DNA of 63,810 bases, counting the filler, from Octopus bimaculoides (Eukaryota), in assembly GCF_001194135.2 (NCBI RefSeq). It is 5 parts of 5 records of this genome, joined end to end, with 100 filler letters (N's around TTAATTAATTAA, not from the genome) between each part and the next. Parts side by side here need not be neighbours in the genome. Positions count along the whole stretch, not along the records: positions 1 to 24,805 come from NC_068981.1; 4 more parts are not named here. One strand, given 5' to 3'. How positions within the stretch are numbered: the stretch's first letter is position 1; each line of letters starts with the position of its first letter. Both the position numbers and the translations under genes were made by a program. This document shows positions 1-12,757 of this stretch, piece by piece. The notes beneath the pieces are model-generated. The model did no database searches. It was not told the DNA's origin and saw nothing but the letters and a program-made list of their open reading frames with translations.

Positions 1-39
1 TCATCATCACCATCATCATCATCATCATCATCATCATCC

Positions 40-83
<44 letters not shown>

Positions 84-260
84 TAATGTCTGCTTTTTAC
101 GCTAGCATGGACTGGATATTTTGACAGGAGCTGGCAAGGCCTGGAGCCACACCAAATTCCATTGTCTGTTTTGGCTTGGTTTCTACAGCTTTTTATAAGG
201 CACATCCCCAGTGCTTTTTATGTGACACCATCACTATTTTTTTTTTATGTGGAATCATCA
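1..260 (-). mobile_element. 3' UTR fragment of the same RTE family with (GAT)n tail
   Basis: (CAT)n at 1-82 followed by the reverse complement of the 20300-20460 tail (tagcatggactgg..., tttctacagct). Confidence 0.7.
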
Positions 261-429
261 CCAGTGCTTTTCATGTGTAACTAGCACCAATACTTTTTAT
301 GTGGCACCATGAGTGCTGTTTATCTGGTACATGCTGGACTATATTTAATCTTTGCTAGCAAACACTAGACACACTAGAAAATCAAACACAAGGGAAGTTT
401 TATTCAGAATTAAAAAAACTTAAACGTGC

Positions 430-672
430 CCTTTTAAAGCTTAGCCAGGCCCATGGGCCCGGTTTCCTGGTTTCAATGGTGTATGTGTTCCCCAGCTGGA
501 TGGGACGCCAGTCCATCACAGCGTTACTCATTTTTGCCAGCTGAGTGGACTGGGGCAATGTGAAAATGAAGTGTTTTGCTCAAGAACACAACGTGCCACC
601 CTGTCCAGGAATCGAAACCACAATCTTACAATCATGATGCTGACACTTTAACCACTAAGCCACGTGCCTCCA
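430..672 (-). mobile_element. tRNA-derived SINE (family with tgtgttcttgagcaaaacactt core)
   Basis: Reverse strand ggaggcacgtggcttagtggttaa A-box and ggtttcgattcc B-box. Related copies at about 34823-35130 (+), 41660-41915 (-) and 54700-54900 (-). Confidence 0.8.
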
Positions 673-2283
673 CATTCAGAATTAAGACATGCTTTAATAA
701 TAATTTCTAGTATGATATGAAAAAATTTCTTATAAGGTATTGTTGTAATAATTGTTTGAACTCCAATACTCACTTGGTACTCTATTTTATAAATGTTTGA
801 AAGATGGTAGGCAAAGTAGACTATGGCTGGTTTTAAACTCCAAATGCAAAGAGGCAAAATATACATTTTTTTCCAAAGCTCTAACAACTCTACTGATCCC
901 CTATTTATCATTCTACTAAGCTTAAAAACACTCTCTTATAAGACATCAAGCGTTTATTTACAACATCTTCTTATTTCTGTTGGGTACAGTTATATAACAA
1001 TAAGATAAAGGCCATCTTCGTGAAGAAGAAATTTTTATACTTGCCATTTCCTTATTTAGATATTATCAGTGACTTTTAATCTTCAGTTACTTAAAATCTA
1101 GAATGAAAAATCAGTGGTTGAAGACAGTTCCTTATTGGACACTTGTCAATGTGTTTAGAGTTTGTCTACAGAGACTGAATTTATCTCTCAAGCTATCCAT
1201 TCACTAAATTTTTTTCTTGCCCACTAAAGCAATAGAGCATGGATCATGCTCAAGAGTTTCCCTTGAGTACAAGATGTAAATTAGAATTGTTTATTCTGGG
1301 TTAAGAATTACTTTTGCAGTTTCTCACCAGAAATATAAACATTAAATAAGCACAGGTGTGACTGTGTGGTCAGAAGCATACTTCCCAATCACATGGTTCT
1401 AGGTTCAGTCCCACTGTATGGCATCTAGGGCAAGTATCTTCAACTGTAGCCTTGGGTTGACCAAAGTCTTGTGAGTAGATTTGGTAGACAGAAACTCAAA
1501 GAAGCCCATCGTGTATGTGTGTGTGTATGTGTGTGTGTGCACGTGTGTGTCTGTGTTCCTACCCCCACATCACTGTTTGACAACACGTGTTGGAGTGTTT
1601 ACATCCTGTAATTTAGCAAAACTGGCTGATAGACTAAGTACTATGCTTAAGAAATAAGTCATGGGGTTGATTTGTAGAATCTGTATTCTACTTCCATTTA
1701 CCGATGTCTAATTACTGAACATTGGTAACCAAATGCTTTTAGTACTGCCAGTATTTTTTAATCCGTCTGCTAGTGGGCAACCCCCTTGATTGTCAGCTAA
1801 CATCTTGTTTTAAGTTTTCCTTTACCAAACCTCATGATATTGCTTCTAATAAATCTTGATTTTTATGACTATACCAACTATGATTTCTGTCTGCTCCCTC
1901 AGCACTACCCCTAACAGATACTACCTTTTATTCTCTCAGCCTTAGATATAAAGGATTTGATAAACTAGTCTATAAATTAAAAACTAAACCCATAAAAACA
2001 AAAAAAATCAGTGACAGGCAGAGCCTTCTTGATAATTTAGTAACTTCTATGCTGAAGTTGAGACGACATGTTCTTTGTCTATCTCGTTAACTTCTTGGAG
2101 ATTTTAGGTATAATTATACTAATGTGTCCATCTGTTCTAATTCAATTAGATTCTATGTCTTTGTGCAGTTGAGGATTGCTCTGCATTTTAAATTGATGTA
2201 ACGATTGCATTGTTCAATTAAATGGAGTTACATAAAACGATCGTACTGCATTACCTCTGTATATCCTTGTTGCTAATTTTGAT

Positions 2284-2320
<37 letters not shown>

Positions 2321-2324
2321 CGAC

Positions 2325-2367
<43 letters not shown>

Positions 2368-2389
2368 AAGCGGACATTAAATGATAATG

Positions 2390-2790
2390 ATGATATATGT
2401 CATCAACATCATCATTATCATTTAATGTCTGTTGTCCATGTTGGCATGGATCTGACGGTTTGACCAGGGCTAGTAAGCTGAGGAGTTGTACCAGATTACA
2501 GTCTGATTTGGCATGGTTTATGGCTGGATACCCTTCCTAACACCAACCAGTTTGAGAGTGTAATGGGTGCTTTTACATGCCACTGGCATGGGTGCCAGTT
2601 GCATGACATTAGTATCTGCCACGACTTCTTCTCAAGTATGGCATATTGCTAAAGGTCTTGGTCCTTTGTCATTGCCTCTGTGAGGCCCAACACTCGAAAG
2701 GTGCTTTTTATGCGCTGCTGTCACAGGAGTCGGTTACATGACACCAGCGCTGGCCATGACTACAATTTCACTTGGCTTGACGAGTCTTTT
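2390..2790 (-). mobile_element. RTE 3' UTR fragment
   Basis: catcatcattatcatttaatgtctgttgtccatgttggcatgga...ggctggatacccttcctaacacc matches the reverse complement of the 20200-20465 tail. Confidence 0.7.
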
Positions 2791-2798
2791 CACACACT

Positions 2799-2851
<53 letters not shown>

Positions 2852-3793
2852 ATAATATATATATGGAGAGAGCTATAAATAGATATACTGAATTAAATAT
2901 ATGTATATATCCTATANNNNNNNNNNNNNNNNNNNNNNNNNNNNNNNNNNNNNNNNNNNNNNNNNNNNNNNNNNNNNNNNNNNNNNNNNNNNNNNNNNNN
3001 NNNNNNNNNNNNNNNNNNNNNNNNNNNNNNNNNNNNNNNNNNNNNNNNNNNNNNNNNNNNNNNNNNNNNNNNNNNNNNNNNNNNNNNNNNNNNNNNNNNN
3101 NNNNNNNNNNNNNNNNNNNNNNNNNNNNNNNNNNNNNNNNNNNNNNNNNNNNNNNNNNNNNNNNNNNNNNNNNNNNNNNNNNNNNNNNNNNNNNNNNNNN
3201 NNNNNNNNNNNNNNNNNNNNNNNNNNNNNNNNNNNNNNNNNNNNNNNNNNNNNNNNNNNNNNNNNNNNNNNNNNNNNNNNNNNNNNNNNNNNNNNNNNNN
3301 NNNNNNNNNNNNNNNNNNNNNNNNNNNNNNNNNNNNNNNNNNNNNNNNNNNNNNNNNNNNNNNNNNNNNNNNNNNNNNNNNNNNNNNNNNNNNNNNNNNN
3401 NNNNNNNNNNNNNNNNNNNNNNNNNNNNNNNNNNNNNNNNNNNNNNNNNNNNNNNNNNNNNNNNNNNNNNNNNNNNNNNNNNNNNNNNNNNNNNNNNNNN
3501 NNNNNNNNNNNNNNNNNNNNNNNNNNNNNNNNNNNNNNNNNNNNNNNNNNNNNNNNNNNNNNNNNNNNNNNNNNNNNNNNNNNNNNNNNNNNNNNNNNNN
3601 NNNNNNNNNNNNNNNNNNNNNNNNNNNNNNNNNNNNNNNNNNNNNNNNNNNNNNNNNNNNNNNNNNNNNNNNNNNNNNNNNNNNNNNNNNNNNNNNNNNN
3701 NNNNNNNNNNNNNNNNNNNNNNNNNNNNNNNNNNNNNNNNNNNNNNNNNNNNNNNNNNNNNNNNNNNNNNNNNNNNNNNNNNNNNNNNNNNNN

Positions 3794-3841
<48 letters not shown>

Positions 3842-5629
3842 GTGTGTGTGTGTATGTGTGCGTGTGTGTGTGTGCGTGTATGTATGTATGTATACACATA
3901 CACATACAACATATGTACAGAGAGAAAAGAGAGAGAGAGATTGGCAATGGATATGACTAACAATTTGTTAACATATTAAGAAATATCTCTAGAATGTTTT
4001 TGTTTCATTTTAAAATTCTCTCTTAATATTTGAGAAACATGCATCAAGATGAAATTTGTTATTAAATAAAATATATGAGAAATAAAACAAGAAAATCATT
4101 CTTTGAAAATATTGCAATAAGCTTTAGTTGAGAATTTTCAATAATGATCAAAGAACATGTGTGCATGAAAAAATTGAGAAAATGTATCTATTTTCTTGCT
4201 AGAACACTGATAGGTTTTATATCCCACAAACACTTTCAATATTACTACGACAAAATAAAACCTTTCTAAAATTGTATCCAATAATATGCAATAAATATTA
4301 CATTGGTTGTGTGTATAATAACCAAGCAAGAACATACTTATCAAATAAATTGTTGATAATATATTTTGATATATGTAGCTAGTGCTAAAAAGTAGATGGT
4401 AATTTTCCAACAAGCCAAGGTTGAAGTGGAGTGTTAGTTACTACTTGCAGCCATTTTCCTTCTCTCATGCTTTTCTTTGAAAAAGGCAATGAATGTCACA
4501 ATTTCTCATTCCACTTCATATAATATATAGGATCTTCAAGTATTATATTGCCTCTAAAAAGTTTCTAAGTAGTAAAAAGAAGCAATGTATCTTGATATTA
4601 AATATGCAAACAGTAAATTAAAATTGTAATAAACTCTATATTGGTGTATTTTTTGGTAGAATCAATATCCATTTATTTAAGAAGAAACATGGATGCATAT
4701 AATCGTCCATTAATATAGAAGTTACACTTATCTTATAGCCTTGTTTACTGCTAATTTTGCACATCATTTGCTTAGTCTGCTTTCAGTTTTCCTTAGAGAT
4801 TACTTTCAATTTACACTGTAAAAGACATGTCTTATATCAAGTGCTAAGGCTCATCTAGATGCTAATCCTATGTTCCAGGTTATGGAAGTGAAACAAACAG
4901 GTTATAAATGTTCCATATTCATTATATGCCAGGCCATCACAGTCAACAGCCCCCAAAAGTTCATTACGTATACTTAACAGCTAATTAAATCAAATGCACA
5001 TAAGTAATTACTTTGTTTAATTACACAAAACACTATTGTGATTTGAACTCAAAAAATTTGATCTGGTTGTTTAATTGTATATCTACTCAGTCCATTCCTC
5101 TCCAACATTTCAAGACTTCCAGAAGGTACATACATATTACAACTTCCACGAATTTCATTGATCCAACAGTGAATCATTTCCAGTTGTTATTCAAAACCAT
5201 ACTCTTTGATACAGGATACCTTTGAAGTTGAAGTTATTCAGAGTATATTTTACACAAACAGTTAATTCATGTAGCTTTTATAGGTAGTTAAAGGATATAT
5301 TTAAACTTAATACAATAAATGCTTGGCTAACTTCTCTTGATTATCAAAACACCAAGGAAGATTTATTCACTAAGAATATCATTTTATAACACAAGCATTA
5401 ATATTCACAAATGTATTGGCTGCTTTTCCCACTTCTGTATGTTTTTCACACATTGTTCGAATTACATTCCATTCCCAATTTCTGTAACCTGCTAACCGTA
5501 GGGCTTGTTTTCTTCCTATTATTTTATTATTTCATTCACAGGTGGATCATAAATAGAGAAATGGTTCCTAGAATATGCTTTTTGGAAATATTTGTTTGAT
5601 TTTCTTATGGTCAAGATATATATTAGTAT

Positions 5630-6020
5630 ATACCATCATTATCATTAATATTTAATGCTCGCTTTCCATGCTGGCGTAGGTTGGATGGTTTGAATGGGCT
5701 GGCAAGCCAGAGGACTTCTTTTGGCTCTACTATCAAGTTTTTACACGATTTCTACAGCTGGATGCCCTTCCTAATGCGAAATATGTCATAGAGCACACTA
5801 GGTGCATTTTATGTAGCACTGGCACCAATGAGGTCACCAAGTAACTTGCAATATAAAGATCTCTTAGCTGAATGGGATGAGTGGTATTGGGGGTTGGTGG
5901 CCTTGTGCCAGGTGATGAGAGGTTAAACTATGATAAGGGGACAGAAACAAGTGTCTTGCTGTAGAGGAGGTACATAGTTACCCCTGTCAAGGAGAGAGCA
6001 GATGATGGTGAAGAGTGCCA
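5630..6020 (-). mobile_element. RTE 3' UTR fragment
   Basis: catcattaatatttaatgctcgctttccatgctggcgtaggttggatggtttg...ttctacagctggatgcccttcctaatgc, same tail family. Confidence 0.65.
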
Positions 6021-6615
6021 GGACGTACCCTCAAGGTACAAGGAAATGAATTTAATTGGAGTGGTACAGAGGATTGGACAGAGAGAGTGAGAAGGGAATT
6101 CACAAGAATGCAAAAGAACAAAATAAGAGGGGTTGGAGAGGAGAGTAGAAGGGGAATGCAGTGAGTGGTGCACATGGATATATAGAGTAGCAACAGGATA
6201 GCAATGACACTGTTGGCAGGAGGAGAACTGGAGAGAGAAATGATTAGATGGTGTTATCTTTCTCCCCACCACTGCAGGAGCAGTGGTGGGGAGGAAGATA
6301 AGCATAGTACATGATTAAATGTAGTTTGGTTTATTGGGGAAGGGGTGAATTAATGTAATGTTTGGGTAGAGAGCATATAATACACAGCACTTCCAGAACT
6401 CAGTTTTGCTAAAGTGGGCAGGTCTTCTGAAGAACTTCCTATCACCAGACATCTTAGTTCATTGTCATAATGCGTGTGAAGTTCAACATCCTTACTGCTT
6501 CCAGAACTCAGTTTTGCTGAGGTGGCTAGGTTTTTTCAGGAATCTCATATCACTTGATATCTCAGGCCATTATCATCTCCTCTATGAGGCTGCAGCATAT
6601 TTATGTTTTATTATA

Positions 6616-7064
6616 TAAGGAAAATATAACATGAGGATGGAGGATAACTGACTTTAATAGTAGATCACATTTATTTTTGCACCACACACCAGCTTTAAGA
6701 TGTTGAGTTAAAATTCAAAGACAATTATAGAAGAACATTCTTTATAATTATTATACAGATGAATGCTGCCCAGCCATGTGTGGGCACTTCATCAGGATGG
6801 AATAAGATTAATTCCTGTTGGATTCTTGGTGTTGGGCTGCAAGAAAAATCCAACAGGAAATAATCATATTCTGCCCTGATGATGTGTCCACATATAACTG
6901 TTGCTAGGCAGCATTCAACTATATAATAATTATAAAGAATGTTCTTCTATAATGATCGTTGAATGTAAACTCTGCAAATTAGAGCTGTTGTGTGGTGCAG
7001 AAACAAATGTTGTGATCAACTACTAAAGCCTGTTATCCTCCATCTTCATGTTATATTACCCTTG
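6616..7064. mobile_element. Foldback MITE, near-full-length palindrome with TA flanks
   Basis: Left arm aaggaaaatataacatgaggatggaggataac...ttcctgttggatt mirrors right arm aatccaacaggaa...gttatcctccatcttcatgttatattaccctt. Short central loop near 6825-6840. TA at 6614-15 and 7065-66. Confidence 0.85.
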
Positions 7065-7368
7065 TATTAATATTATGTAAAGAAGAGTTCCACATGAGTA
7101 TCTAGCCCTGAAATATACCCCACTGTAGGATATCATGGTAACCAAATAGCAACATAAGAGCTCTTATATGCATATTACGAGGTTTTCACCCAAATTATAC
7201 AAAATGTATTTTATTATAACACTAAATTTTATATAATACTAAATGTAAATGTATGCGTGGTTTTATGTGTCTATTTATGAATATAGAAGTGCATATACGT
7301 GCTCATGATTGTTTAATAATTATGTTTATGTGTGTACATTTGTGTATTTACACATGTGAATGGATATA

Positions 7369-8610
7369 CAGGGGTTGGACAAAATAATGGAAACAGCATA
7401 GCATCATAATTTAGAAATATCTATAAAACTATCAAACGCTTGTTTATTTTTATGTTTCTTGATTTATTTTTAGTGTTGCTTAATATGCTTTGCTAAAATT
7501 GCTGTTTCTTTTCAGATATCTTCAGAGAAAGGTAATTAAAATTCATTAAAATGACAGATCTATCGGACTTTCAAAGAGGTCAAATTGTTTTGCTCGTATG
7601 GCAGGCACTAGCATAATGCAAACAGCTGAAATATTTGGTGTATCAAGAAGTACTGTCTCGAAAGTAATGACAGCTTTGAGAAAGAGGGAAAAATCTCCTC
7701 ATCGAAGAAAAACTCTGGAAGAAAACCAATACTTTCAGATAGGGACCGTCAGACTCTTACGCGAATTGTTAGAAAGGATCACAAAAGTACAGCTCCCAAA
7801 ATTACTGCAGAGCTTAATGACCACCTCAAGAACCCTGTTTCCACAAAACTGTTCACCAGGAGTTGCACAAAGCAGTATTTCATGGGAAGGCTACAATCAG
7901 AAAACCACTACTTTCAAAAACAAACATTGCAAAACATTTAGAGTGGAGTAAAAGCCTACACAATTGGTCCCTAGAGCTGTGGAAGAATGTTATTTTCTGG
8001 GACGAGTCATCCTTTACCCTATTTCCAACTACCAGCTGAGTATATGTGTAGGGACAGCCAAAAGAAGCATTTGATCCAGACTGTCTTCTTCCAACTGTTA
8101 AACATGGAGGAGGATCTGTGATGATCTAATGGGCTGTATCTTGGAAATCCGACGGCCCAAAGCTTCCCTTCATAGCAGAATTAATAGTCAAGACTATTTA
8201 AGCATTTTGTCTGATCAAATTCATCCTATGGTTGTGGAGCTGTTTCCAGAGGGAAACACAATCTTTCAGGATGATAATGCACCAATTCACACAGCTAAAG
8301 TTGTTACTGAATGGCAAGAAAAACATTCCAGTGAAGTTGAACATCTTATCTGGCCACCACAGTCTCCAGATCTCAATATTATTGAACATTTATGGTGCAT
8401 TTTAGAAAAACAAGTAAGGATTTGATATCCTCCACAAGACTGTTTTAGCTGAAGAATGGACAAAAATTCCTTTGGAAACAATTCATACTTTGTACGAGTC
8501 CATACCTCGTAGAATTCAAGCTGTAATGACTGCCTAAGGCAGTCCAACTCCATATTAAAATAAATTTGTTTGAAAATATAAGGTGTTTCCATTATTTTGT
8601 CTAACCCCTG
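7369..8610 (+). mobile_element. Full-length decayed Tc1-like DNA transposon (1242 bp), DD36E spacing
   Basis: 27-bp TIRs CAGGGGTTGGACAAAATAATGGAAACA and its reverse complement with one mismatch, TA duplication on both sides. Transposase from ATG 7551 (MTDLSDFQRGQIV) to TAA 8558, with frameshifts and stops. Motifs FWDESSF, FQDDNAPIH, SPDLNIIEHLW. AATAAA follows the stop. Confidence 0.95.
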
Positions 8611-10365
8611 TATGTATAGAATAAATGCCAATACCTTATCAATAATAGAAATTATTTTTAAGGTTAGATAATGTTCAAGTACTGTAATTTGATTCTACAT
8701 TATATTGGGAACAAATAAGACTAAACAATCACTTCAGTAATTAGAATTATTTGCATATTAATAAGCTAAATTAAAAGTGAACAATAAGATATAAAACTAT
8801 GGACAAGCTGAAAAAAGTAACATAAAATGGATAAAGAATCATCACACACATACACACACACTTAGGGGATTTTAGCACTATATCTTTTGACTGCCAGGCA
8901 ACTGTATTATCAGTTTAACCACTCTTAATATGTATAATACAATTCTTTTCTTCATACTAAGTATATTATTTGCTTTTTAACTGAACTATTCCATCAACAA
9001 CATCATCTCAGCTACTTCACAAATAATTTGTCAGCCACTTATGTCAAGAAAGCAGGCCATTTCCACTAATATAGCCTGGCCTGCTAGTGCTAAGTGGTTG
9101 ACAAATTAACTGTGAGGTTGGTGAGATGGTGACAGAGACTGAAAGGTTTTGTTAAAAAGAAGGAAGAGATGTTTATATCTAATTTGGGAAGGGGATATGA
9201 ACTCATCGCTGTGCACTTGGTAATGCTATTTAACTAGCAAATAGTAGATATCTGGTTCAAGTCCCAGCAGTGATTTTATTTTTGTTCGTATGTTTATAGA
9301 GATATAATGTTTAATAATGCACCCAAACACACACACACACACACGTGCACACACACCAAGCATGTGTGTGTCTTTGTGCATGCATGTGAGTGTATGTATG
9401 CATGTTTGTTTGGATGCTTGTTTACATCTTCACTTCTCTATAAATCACTGAGCTACATGTGGTGACATTGTTGTCATTTCACCTGTCAAGAAATCATCCA
9501 ATGGCATTGTGCTTTCATAGATGTCTGGAATAGTCCCTTACACTAAGGGTTAGTGACAGTCAGAGCATCTATCCAGAAAACAATGCCCCAGTGATATATT
9601 TGTCTGATGCATGCTAGGATGGAAAAAATGGACATCAAAATAGAAGAACAGTATATATATTTGATAGTAAACACCAGCGTTGTGCCATTTGTTGAATAAC
9701 TCTCCAGTGAGAAACTGTATTTACCTGCACATTTTCATAACATGACGATAGTTATTAAGCTCAAAAATTGCTTAAAGAACCACACACACATACACATGAT
9801 TATTAACAAAGAGAGTGGAGTGAGCACGTTGTTTCATCAACATTTGAAATCAAGAGTATTAGTGTTATTAAATAATATCTAAAACTATACTTATCCTGTA
9901 TCATTATATTGATATAATCAAATTTTGATTCATCAGAAACATATATAAAATTCAATTTTTCATTTTTGTCTTACTTGTGATGCACAAATGTATCCATGTA
10001 AATACACCTATTTACTATAAGTATAAATTCATGGTAATCCGAGTTCCTGATGCGTTGACATTTGATTGTATTAAAATAAAGATAAGGCTTAAGTCTATAG
10101 TTGCATATATTATATGATAATATAGCATTATACTTGAGTTCAAATAGGGATGAAACAATTATATATTATGTAGTAAATTTACAATTGCTTCATCACCAAC
10201 TTGTTCGGTCCACTTACCTTGTTACCTATGGATATTTACAGATTTTCAGAAATATGATCCATCAAAAAAAAAATCGACTCCAATTTAAAGGCAAGTTTGA
10301 GAGCCTGTATCTGTTGATGAGGTGGAAAAGAGTAAATGTTAGGAACCTGAATGAGATTACTATTA

Positions 10366-10396
<31 letters not shown>

Positions 10397-10842
10397 AATT
10401 ATAATCTATATGTTTTATTTCCATGTGCATATGTGTTTGTGAGTGTGCATGTCAGTGTGTGCATGTGTGTGTGTATTGTGCATGTCTACATGTATGAATA
10501 TTAATGCATTTACATCTAATGTATTTCTCTATTTTGATATAGGTAGTGTATTTAAATTTGTTGAGAAAAAAATACTTTTGGCCTTGTTGTTCTATCTATA
10601 GATTTCCCACCATTGCATTTTCTATTTAGGGTTAAACAGTGTTTTTATGAAAATTTGCTTTCTACTCAAAAATAGGACATGGTGGTAAAACAATTGAATA
10701 AAACAAATAAAAATGCTTTTTATTTCTAATCAAAGTTTATTATGTTTATTATATTTTCTTAAGTAACTTATCTTTTCTGCATATAAAAGTTGTATTATAC
10801 AGTTGTATTATACAGTTCTCAACCACTATACCATATACCCAT

Positions 10843-10913
10843 GGGCATAAGGCGTCATGGTTAAGGGCGTGGGCTACTAACCTCAAGATTCCAAGTTTGA
10901 TTCCAGGCAATGA

Positions 10914-10953
<40 letters not shown>

Positions 10954-11200
10954 CATAATAACAACAACAACAACAACAACAATAATAACAATAATAATAA
11001 CAATAATAATAATGATAATAATAATAATAATGATAAAAATAAAAATGATAATAACAACATCGAAAAATACCTTAGGAATGAGAACCCAGGTTCGAAAATT
11101 TCCCAAGACACCTGATGAAGGCTGGAGGGTATGTCAGCCGAAACGTTGTGTTAACAACAAACAAGATGAGGACAAATATCCGTAAATTGTAAATAATGTA
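10843..11200 (+). mobile_element. Composite SINE-like element: tRNA-like head, (AAT/AAC)n body, hammerhead-containing tail
   Basis: A-box-like tggttaag near 10858, B-box-like gtttgattcc 10895-10904, microsatellite about 10918-11057, then tail with hammerhead motif. Confidence 0.7.
11107..11152 (+). ncRNA. Minimal type I hammerhead ribozyme (Penelope-type)
   Basis: GACAC (stem I) CTGATGA A GGCTG-10 nt loop-CAGCC (stem II) GAAA CG T T (palindromic ACGT stem III, GUU site) GTGTT (stem I partner, 4 Watson-Crick pairs plus one G.U). Confidence 0.8.
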
Positions 11201-11536
11201 AAAGTTGTATCTTTACTATTTTATAAAGATTTTGGTTTTGATAAAAATATCACTTCTCTTGTGAAGTACCACATCAACCCACACTCTACTTTATCAAATC
11301 CCTGTCCTTATTTTATTAGTAAAAAGGCTTAAGTTAAATACATCTGGGAGATTTAAGTGTTATTTTGTATGCAAATGACTTTAGCATTTTGACAGCTTAA
11401 GTTTTTGATGGTTTCAGTTTTTACCATTGTTTTTTTTTATGCTTTACCTTTCAAAATAGATAAGTTAACTATGCACACACACACACACACATGCATGTAC
11501 AGATGCATGCATGCACGCATGCACACACACACACAT

Positions 11537-12410
11537 GAAAATGGGCTGAAAAGTTTATATGCTGACTGTTAAGGAGTGATTCTAGTGCTTTGCAATTCTG
11601 CATGTATTAATCTCGATTCTTTTTATTAATAACTGAATTTTTTTTATCTCCAGGTAAACTGATATTTGATTGTTTAAAGATGAGTTTAGAAGTAATTAAT
11701 AGTGGCTTCCCTTGAAAATGGTCAAAATTTGGCATCTTGGTGTTATCAAGTACCTGCAGAAAATAGGTTTAGCATGCAAGAACATTCATGCTGACATGCT
11801 TGCTACATGATACTGACACCCTAACCACTAAGCCATGTGCCTCCACTATGAATGACAGACAATTGACTATAAATCAAATAGCCAATGCTATCTTGTGAGA
11901 GAGTTAAGAATATTGTACTCAAAGAACATGGCATGATGAAGGTTTTTGCTTGGTGGGTGCCACATCTTCTGAAACCTGATCAAAAGGGCACCAGGCTAAT
12001 GATGTCACAAGAAAATCTGATATTGCTTGAGGCAGATTCAGCTGGTTTCCTTGAACATTTCCTAACCCTGGATGAGTGTTGGCTTCATCACTTTGAGCTA
12101 GAGACAAAGAGACAATCCTTACTTTGGAAACACCCCTCCTCACTTGTTCCAAACAAAGCCAAGGTCGTTTCATCTGCAGCTGAGGTGATGGCTTCAGTTT
12201 GGGGTGGTGGTGCAAAAGCATTGTGTTTATTGGCTTTCTTCAAAAGGGCCATACCATCAATGGAGTGCTGAGGCAATTATGAAAGGAAAACTGATGAAAG
12301 GGGTTTTATTTTACAAGGACAATGCTCCAACACATAAGTCCTTACTTTCAATGGCTACTGTACATGACTGAGGCTTTGAACATTTGATCACTACCCTTTT
12401 TTTTTTACAT
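11537..12410 (+). mobile_element. Decayed mariner transposon
   Basis: ORF 11885-12271 has AWWVPHLL, FLTLDECWLHHFELETKRQS and KAKVVSSAAEVMASVW. Downstream frame has LQGQC/QDNAP-like remnant. A short SINE piece interrupts near 11812-11848. Confidence 0.9.
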
Positions 12411-12596
12411 GCTGTTTCAGTCATTTGATTGACCCCAGGACTTATTCTTTGTAACCATGGTGCTTATCCTATCGGCATCTTTTGCTGAACTGCTAAGTTT
12501 TGGGAACATAAACACACAAACATTTGCTGTCAAGCGATGGTGGGGTACAAACACACACAAAGACACACACACACACACATAAATATATATACATAT

Positions 12597-12724
12597 ATAT
12601 ATTGAGAAAAAAGAGGTCACCAGAATTTTGGAAAAAAATTTTTTATTTATTCATTCATTTTTTTGAACTTGTCAAAATATTTTGAATGTGCAGGTGCACA
12701 TTCAATGTTCTCCTCTTCTAAACC

Positions 12725-12757
<33 letters not shown>

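Noticed and set aside
2680-3963. Long ORFs containing X runs and IY/CV/HT/ER repeats, here and throughout the track
   Set aside because: Artefacts of N gaps flanked by dinucleotide and tetranucleotide microsatellites.
7516-7531. ttttcag|16 nt|gtaatt micro-exon-like segment in the Tc1 5' region
   Set aside because: No evidence of use, and such motifs arise by chance in AT-rich DNA.
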